A stretch of 64,000 bases of DNA from an uncultured Gammaproteobacteria bacterium (GTDB lineage: Bacteria; Pseudomonadota; Gammaproteobacteria; Steroidobacterales; Foliamicaceae). Within the stretch, counting starts at the first letter, position 1, and each line of letters opens with the position of its first letter. The notes below the pieces were generated by a model, which was not told where the DNA came from, ran no database searches, and saw nothing but the letters and a program-made list of their open reading frames with translations. Shown piece after piece: positions 58,351 through 64,000 of the stretch. The stretch is taken from contig OX639965.1 of NCBI GenBank assembly GCA_951828235.1, positions 598,323 through 662,322 of the forward strand, written 5' to 3'. A program made the position numbers and the translations under genes.

Positions 58351-59472
58351 ATGTCCGGCAACACCATAGGACGCCTGTTCAGCGTCACAACTTACGGCGA
58401 GAGCCACGGCCTGGCGCTGGGCGCCATCGTGGACGGCTGCCCGCCGGGCATGGAATTGTGCGAAGCCGACATACAGGTCGACCTGGACCGGCGGCGTCCC
58501 GGGCGCTCGCGCCATACTTCGCAGCGCAAGGAGGCGGACCAGGTGCGCATCCTGTCGGGGGTATTCGAGGGCGTAACGACCGGCACCCCGGTCGGGCTGA
58601 TGATCGAGAACACCGATCAGCGGCCCCGCGACTACTCCGCCATCAAGGACAAGTTCCGTCCGGGGCACGCCGACTTCAGCTACCAGCAGAAGTACGGAAT
58701 TCGCGACTACCGCGGAGGGGGACGCGCCTCCGCCCGGGAGACGGCCATGCGGGTCGCCGGCGGAGCGATAGCGCGCAAGTACTTAAGCGAGCGGGCGGGC
58801 ATTACGATTTACGGCTACGTGGCGCAACTCGGACCGATCCGGCTCAAGTGCCCGAACCCCGAGATCATCAACGACAACCCGTTCTTCTGCGGCGACCCCG
58901 CCCGGCTGAAAGAACTGGAGTCGTTCATGGACGAACTGAGGCTGGCGGGCGACTCGATCGGCGCGCGAATCAACATTTGCGCCCGGGGGGTGCCCGCCGG
59001 GCTGGGAGAACCCGTGTTCGACAAGCTCGAAGCGGTCATCGCGCACGCGCTGATGAGCATCAACGCGGTCAAGGGCGTGGAGTTCGGCGCCGGCTTCGCC
59101 GCCGTGGAACAGCGCGGTTCGGAGCATCGCGACGAGATTGCGCCCGGCGGTTTTCTGAAGAACGACGCCGGCGGCACCCTGGGCGGCATTTCGTCGGGAC
59201 AGGACCTGCTGGTGAGCATCGCGATGAAGCCCACCTCCAGCATACGCAAGAAGGGTGCGACGGTGACCCGCGCCGGTGCGGCGACCGAAATCAGCACCGG
59301 CGGGCGGCACGATCCCTGCGTGGGACTGCGCGCCACGCCGATCGCCGAGGCCATGCTGGCGATTACGCTCATGGACCACTATCTGCGCGACCGCGCGCAA
59401 TGCGGCGATGTCGAGCGCCAGGCTTCCTCGCAGGCCGAGGCTTCCCGCCGGACTGCGGCGGCGCGGAGCTGA
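58351..59472 (+). CDS. aroC: Chorismate synthase
   Basis: [35 protein letters not shown]. Confidence 0.97.
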   Translation: MSGNTIGRLFSVTTYGESHGLALGAIVDGCPPGMELCEADIQVDLDRRRPGRSRHTSQRKEADQVRILSGVFEGVTTGTPVGLMIENTDQRPRDYSAIKDKFRPGHADFSYQQKYGIRDYRGGGRASARETAMRVAGGAIARKYLSERAGITIYGYVAQLGPIRLKCPNPEIINDNPFFCGDPARLKELESFMDELRLAGDSIGARINICARGVPAGLGEPVFDKLEAVIAHALMSINAVKGVEFGAGFAAVEQRGSEHRDEIAPGGFLKNDAGGTLGGISSGQDLLVSIAMKPTSSIRKKGATVTRAGAATEISTGGRHDPCVGLRATPIAEAMLAITLMDHYLRDRAQCGDVERQASSQAEASRRTAAARS

Positions 59473-59473
59473 C

Positions 59474-60499
59474 ATGAACGGCTACAACGTCGCTGTGGTC
59501 GGCGCCACAGGGCTGGTCGGCGAGACCATCGCGCAGATCCTGGCGCAGCGCGAGTTCCCGGTTGACCAGTTCCACGCGGTGGCCAGCGAACGCTCGATCG
59601 GCAAGACCGTCGAGTTCGGCGAACGCCAGGTCGCGGTTCAGGCGCTGAACGACTTTGATTTCTCCGGCGTGCACTTCGCGCTGTTCTCGGCCGGCGCCGG
59701 AACAGCGGCCGAGCATGCGCCACGCGCCGCGGGACAGGGAGCGATAGTGATCGACAACTCGTCGGCGTTTCGCTATGACGACGATGTGCCGCTGGTGGTG
59801 CCGGAGGTGAATCCCTCGGCCCTGGCTGAATGCCGCGAGCGTGGAATCGTGGCCAATCCGAACTGCTCCACGATCCAGCTTGTCGTGGCACTCAAACCCC
59901 TGCACGACGCTATCGGTATCGAGAGGATTGGCGTGGCCACCTACCAGGCGGTCTCCGGCGCCGGACGCCGTGCGATGGCTGACCTGGTCAGGCACACGGC
60001 GGAAATGATGGCCGGCAAGGGCCGCCCCGAAGAGGCGGCGGAGACGCCCAGCGCCGCATTCAACGCGGTGCCGCACATCGACGACTTCCAGGCCAACGGC
60101 TATACGAAGGAAGAAATGAAGATCGTGTGGGAGACCCGCAAGATCCTCGGCGACGAGGCATTGAGAGTAAGCGCCACGGCGGTGCGCGTGCCGGTGTTCT
60201 ACGGCCATTCCGAAGCCGTCAGCGTGGAACTGAAGCGCAAGGTCGCGGTCGAGGAGGCGCTCGGGCTCTTTCGGGCCGCCCGGGGCGTGGTAGTCATGAG
60301 CCAGGACCAGGCCGGCGGCTATCCCACCCCGGGGATCGACGCGACCCGCTCCGATGCCGTCTTCGTCGGACGGGTGCGCGAGGACATCTCGCACGACAAA
60401 GGCCTCAATTTCTGGGTAGTCGCGGACAACGTGCGCAAGGGGGCAGCGCTCAACGCGGTGCAGATCGCAGAGCTCATGATCCGCGACAACGCGGTCTGA
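59474..60499 (+). CDS. asd: Aspartate-semialdehyde dehydrogenase
   Basis: VVGATGLVG, ANPNCSTIQ, TYQAVSGAG, DNVRKGAALNAVQ. Confidence 0.96.
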   Translation: MNGYNVAVVGATGLVGETIAQILAQREFPVDQFHAVASERSIGKTVEFGERQVAVQALNDFDFSGVHFALFSAGAGTAAEHAPRAAGQGAIVIDNSSAFRYDDDVPLVVPEVNPSALAECRERGIVANPNCSTIQLVVALKPLHDAIGIERIGVATYQAVSGAGRRAMADLVRHTAEMMAGKGRPEEAAETPSAAFNAVPHIDDFQANGYTKEEMKIVWETRKILGDEALRVSATAVRVPVFYGHSEAVSVELKRKVAVEEALGLFRAARGVVVMSQDQAGGYPTPGIDATRSDAVFVGRVREDISHDKGLNFWVVADNVRKGAALNAVQIAELMIRDNAV

Positions 60500-60554
60500 T
60501 TCCGTAACGCGAAACTGGTATGAAAGGCAGGATCGTGCTCCGAATCCAAGTGTC

Positions 60555-61064
60555 GTGATGCGACCATACGGTCGGAACACGATACTGGCCGTTTCGCTGT
60601 TCATTGCGCTTGTGGCCGCGCCCGCGATCCCGCAGGAAGGATTGTTCTCGCTGTGGGCCTGGGGCCTGTCCCTGGTCTTCGCCGTGCTGACCTTTGGTGT
60701 TTTATCGGGGATCATGCTCGGCGCGCCGGCTGTGGCCGGAAGGTTCATCCGCGGCGCGCATGCGAAAAAGGCCGGCGAAGCTTCGCGGGGTCGGGACGGC
60801 AGCGAAGAAGAGCGGCCCGGGCGGGCCGACGACGAAATCACGGTGGAACCCGATGCAGTTCTTTCGGAGGCCCTGGGCGAACTCGAGCCCGGGAACTACA
60901 TGGACCTGGTGCGCGCACTCCAGGAAATGGGCCGGGACGCCGAGGCGCTCGAGGTTCTCGCCCACATAGCTGAAGCCGGGGACGACGAGTACGGCGAAGA
61001 AGTCGCCGAAGCGCTGCGCCGGATGCGCGACAGGCTTACGCCGGAGAACCCCAAGAGCGCATGA
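60555..61064 (+). CDS. Short FimV C-terminal-domain membrane protein
   Basis: DL.RA..EMG....A.E.L..I...G matches the FimV C-terminal motif; lies between asd and truA. Confidence 0.6.
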   Translation: MMRPYGRNTILAVSLFIALVAAPAIPQEGLFSLWAWGLSLVFAVLTFGVLSGIMLGAPAVAGRFIRGAHAKKAGEASRGRDGSEEERPGRADDEITVEPDAVLSEALGELEPGNYMDLVRALQEMGRDAEALEVLAHIAEAGDDEYGEEVAEALRRMRDRLTPENPKSA

Positions 61065-61870
61065 CCCCCGCAAGGCTTGCCCTCGGGCTGGAGTACGACG
61101 GCAGCGGCTTCCACGGCTGGCAATCGCAAAGCGGCAGCCCCAATGTTCAGGATGCGGTCAACCGCGCGCTGAGCCGGGTGGCCGACGAGGAGGTGCGATG
61201 CATGGGCGCCGGGCGCACCGACGCCGGAGTCCACGCCGTCGAGCAGGTCGCGCATTTCGACACCAGCGCCAGGCGCAGCCGGCGCGCCTGGCTGTTCGGC
61301 GCCAATACCTACCTTCCCGACGACATCAATCTGCTCTGGGTTCGCGAGGTGGCGGGCGATTTCCATGCGAGGCACTCGGCGGTCGCCCGCACCTATGCCT
61401 ACCTGATCCTCAATCGCAGCGTGCGCTCGGCGCTGGAACGCAACCGCGCATGGCTGATCCGGGACAGGCTGGACGACGAGGCGATGCACCGCGCGGCCCA
61501 GGCGCTTGCCGGCGAACACGACTTCAGCTCGTGGCGGGCCGCCGACTGCCAGGCCCGGTCCCCGGTTCGGAATGTCATGGATATCCGGGTGCGCCGCAGC
61601 GGACAACGGGTATGGATCGTTTGCCGGGCAAACGGCTTCCTGCAGCGCATGGTCAGGAACATCGCCGGCTCCCTGGCGCATGTGGGGCGCGGCCGCAAGG
61701 AGGGCGCCTGGATCGCCGAGGTTCTTGAGGCGCGCAGCCGCACGGCCGCGGGCCCGGCCGCGCCTCCCCAGGGCCTGTACCTTCAACGGATCGAGTATCC
61801 GCCGGCCCTGCTCCCTCAGGGAAGCCCGGCCAGTCTCGATGCGCTTCTTCAAGTGCCGGAAGATATTTAG
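61061..61870 (+). CDS. truA: tRNA pseudouridine(38-40) synthase
   Basis: EYDGS.FHGWQ, AGRTDAGVHA, FHAR, MVRNIAG. Confidence 0.97.
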   Translation: MTPARLALGLEYDGSGFHGWQSQSGSPNVQDAVNRALSRVADEEVRCMGAGRTDAGVHAVEQVAHFDTSARRSRRAWLFGANTYLPDDINLLWVREVAGDFHARHSAVARTYAYLILNRSVRSALERNRAWLIRDRLDDEAMHRAAQALAGEHDFSSWRAADCQARSPVRNVMDIRVRRSGQRVWIVCRANGFLQRMVRNIAGSLAHVGRGRKEGAWIAEVLEARSRTAAGPAAPPQGLYLQRIEYPPALLPQGSPASLDALLQVPEDI

Positions 61871-61887
61871 GCTAAAATCAAAGTCTT

Positions 61888-62754
61888 ATGGCGATTTCCT
61901 GGCTGCGCAGATTAATGCCGTCGCGGATCACGACGCGACGGCCGAAGAAGAGCGTGCCGGAGGGCGTGTGGGTCAAGTGCGATGCCTGCGGCACGCAACT
62001 CTACCGCTCGGAAGTCGAGCGCATTCAGCATGTCTGTCCGAAATGCGAGCACCATATGCGCCTGTCGGCCCGGCGCAGGCTGGAATTGTTCCTGGACAGC
62101 GACACGGCCAGGGAACTCGCCCCGCGGCTGCAGCCCAAGGATCCGCTGAAGTTCAGGGACACCAAGCGGTACAAGGACCGTATCACCCAGGCGCGGGACG
62201 GCAGCGGGGAACTGGAGGCGCTGGTAACGATGGCAGGCAAGCTGTACGGACAGCCGCTGGTGGCCAGCGCGTTCGAGTTCGGCTTCATGGGCGGCTCCAT
62301 GGGTTCGGTGGTGGGCGAGAAATTCGTCCGCGCCGCAGACTATTGCCGTGAACACGGCATGCCGCTGGTCAACTTTTCCGCCTCCGGCGGCGCGCGCATG
62401 CAGGAGGCGCTGTTCTCCCTGATGCAGATGGCCAAGGCGACCGCGGCGCTGCACAAGCTGGCGGAGGCGGGGCTTCCGTACGTCTCCGTACTGACCAACC
62501 CCACCATGGGCGGCGTGTCGGCCAGCCTGGCGATGCAGGGGGATATCGTGATCGCCGAGCCCGGGGCGCTGATCGGCTTCGCCGGTCCCCGCGTGATCAA
62601 GCAAACGGTACGCGAGGAATTGCCGGAAGGTTTTCAGCGCGCTGAGTTTCTCCTGGAGCACGGCGCTCTGGACATGATCCTGGACCGGCGCGTGATGCGC
62701 CTGGAGATCGCCAGGCTGCTGGCCAAGCTACTCAAGAAACCGCCTCCCGAATAA
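61888..62754 (+). CDS. accD: Acetyl-CoA carboxylase carboxyltransferase beta subunit
   Basis: W.KC..C...[31 protein letters not shown]. Confidence 0.97.
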   Translation: MAISWLRRLMPSRITTRRPKKSVPEGVWVKCDACGTQLYRSEVERIQHVCPKCEHHMRLSARRRLELFLDSDTARELAPRLQPKDPLKFRDTKRYKDRITQARDGSGELEALVTMAGKLYGQPLVASAFEFGFMGGSMGSVVGEKFVRAADYCREHGMPLVNFSASGGARMQEALFSLMQMAKATAALHKLAEAGLPYVSVLTNPTMGGVSASLAMQGDIVIAEPGALIGFAGPRVIKQTVREELPEGFQRAEFLLEHGALDMILDRRVMRLEIARLLAKLLKKPPPE

Positions 62755-62820
62755 CCCGGGAGTGGGGGCATGCCCCCACAGCGTCCCGCCCTCCGGGAAG
62801 GCGAGACGCCTTCCCTCCCA
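62755..62820. repeat. REP-like element, copy 3, with embedded palindrome TGGGGGCATGCCCCCA
   Basis: Inverted relative to copy 2; lies between convergent accD and prmB. Confidence 0.75.
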
Positions 62821-62822
62821 AA

Positions 62823-63686
62823 TCAATCCGCCAGGTCCTCCGCCCGCAGCAGCAGGACGCCCTCCCCGCCCCTTTCCAGCGACGGCCAGAAGAAAGGGAG
62901 TTCCGGTCGCGAGGCCGCAAGAGCGCCGGCCGCCTCGCCGACTTCCAGCGCCACAAGCCCGTTACCGGCGAGGTATCCGGGCGCGTCGCCGAGGATACGG
63001 GACGCTATGGCCAGCCCATCGGCGCCCGCCGTCAGCGCCAGTCGCGGCTCATGCCGGTATTCGCGAGGCAGGGAACGGTACGCAGCGGTCGGGACATAAG
63101 GAGGATTGCAAATGATGAGATCGAATTTCCCGCGCGCGCCGGCGAACAGGTCCCCCTCGCGGAGTTCGACCCGGCCCAGCAGGCCAAGCCGGCGCAGATT
63201 GCGCTCGGCCACGCACAGGGAGGCCGCCGAAATGTCGGTCGCGACCACTTCGCTTCCGGGAAAGGCGAATGCGCAGGCAGCGGCGATGCAGCCCGAACCG
63301 GTGCAAAGATCGATGACGCGCCGCGGTCCGCCCGCCTGCAGCCAGGGCTCGAAGCCGTCCTCTATCAGTTCGGCCAGCGGTGAGCGGGGAATGCAGACGC
63401 GCTTGTCAACGTGAAAACGCATTCCCGCAAACCAGGTCTCGCGGGTCAGGTAGGCCAGCGGCAGACAGCGCGAGGTTCGCAGGAAGGCAATCCTGAGGGC
63501 CCGCGCGCGCGCGGACGGCGACACCTGCCGCCCAAGCAGGGAACGGCGCTGCCACAACCCCGACCGGCAGACAAAGTTCGCCAGCGCCAAAGCCTCTTCG
63601 CGCGCACTGCCCATGCCGTGGCCGAAGTGGACCCGCCCGGCTGTCAGGCGGGCGGCCAACTCATCGACAAGGTCGCAAAAGCGCAT
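62823..63686 (-). CDS. prmB: 50S ribosomal protein L3 N5-glutamine methyltransferase
   Basis: FGHG, PLAYL....WF, PRSP.AELI...F.PW, DLCTGSGCIA, NPPY. Confidence 0.93.
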   Translation of the reverse strand: MRFCDLVDELAARLTAGRVHFGHGMGSAREEALALANFVCRSGLWQRRSLLGRQVSPSARARALRIAFLRTSRCLPLAYLTRETWFAGMRFHVDKRVCIPRSPLAELIEDGFEPWLQAGGPRRVIDLCTGSGCIAAACAFAFPGSEVVATDISAASLCVAERNLRRLGLLGRVELREGDLFAGARGKFDLIICNPPYVPTAAYRSLPREYRHEPRLALTAGADGLAIASRILGDAPGYLAGNGLVALEVGEAAGALAASRPELPFFWPSLERGGEGVLLLRAEDLAD

Positions 63687-63756
63687 CTATCCGAATCTTC
63701 GCGAGACTTCGATCGCCTGAGGCTACAATCGGCGATCCCGCCTGAGACGACTGAAC

Positions 63757-64000
63757 TTGCTTGCCCGACTGCTTGTACGCCTGCATTTCATTCTGCCGCT
63801 GCTGACGCTCAGCCGCCTGGCGGCGCATGCTTCGCGCTTCAGGGGACCGGGGGGATTGCTGATTCGGGTCTTCGCCTGGCTGTTCTCCATCAACACGGAG
63901 GAGGCCGCACGGCCCGTGCCCCGGGGATACGCCAACCTCGCCGAGTTCTTTTCGCGCGAACTCAGGGAAGGCGCGCGGACACCGGAGGGCGGGGACGACT
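63757..64000 (+). CDS. psd: Phosphatidylserine decarboxylase, 3' truncated by window edge
   Basis: LP...LSRL...LI..F....IN..EA.....Y.....FFSREL..GAR N-terminal pattern; start approximate. Confidence 0.75.
   Translation, partial: MLARLLVRLHFILPLLTLSRLAAHASRFRGPGGLLIRVFAWLFSINTEEAARPVPRGYANLAEFFSRELREGARTPEGGDD

Overview
Bacterial chromosomal window, probably from a high-GC gammaproteobacterium (inferred from the housekeeping genes and the Pro-Arg-His-Lys tRNA cluster). Left end: partial rpiA, an aldehyde dehydrogenase and four tRNAs. Directly after tRNA-Lys(CTT), which lacks CCA and has a T-stem mismatch, the sequence turns more AT-rich and a defence-type accessory region begins (about 2.4-14.6 kb). 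It holds a ClpP-class protease/small protein/PIN triplet, a DUF2971-like gene, a frameshifted RusA-like gene and a 1657-aa nuclease-helicase-methyltransferase fusion. It also holds the best candidate for an undescribed system: an operon of OGG-type glycosylase, small N-terminal-Gly protein, PfkB-nucleoside deoxyribosyltransferase fusion and QueC-family enzyme, with a divergent XRE regulator. A dense patchwork of toxin-antitoxin modules follows (14.6-28.4 kb), with visible insertion and deletion scars and a candidate pair of divergent small RNAs. Next come a hydantoinase/oxoprolinase catabolic locus (28.7-44.4 kb), a second HipA module, a Baeyer-Villiger monooxygenase, two divergent atypical IHF/HU genes and a pyrogallol-transhydroxylase-type molybdoenzyme. 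The right end is core genome: folD, cyclophilin, lpxH, purF-cvpA-dedD, an aroC-asd-fimV-truA-accD block that appears inverted between REP-like repeats, prmB and partial psd. I saw no integrase, transposase, CRISPR array or rRNA. All family calls come from motif recognition by eye, not database searches.
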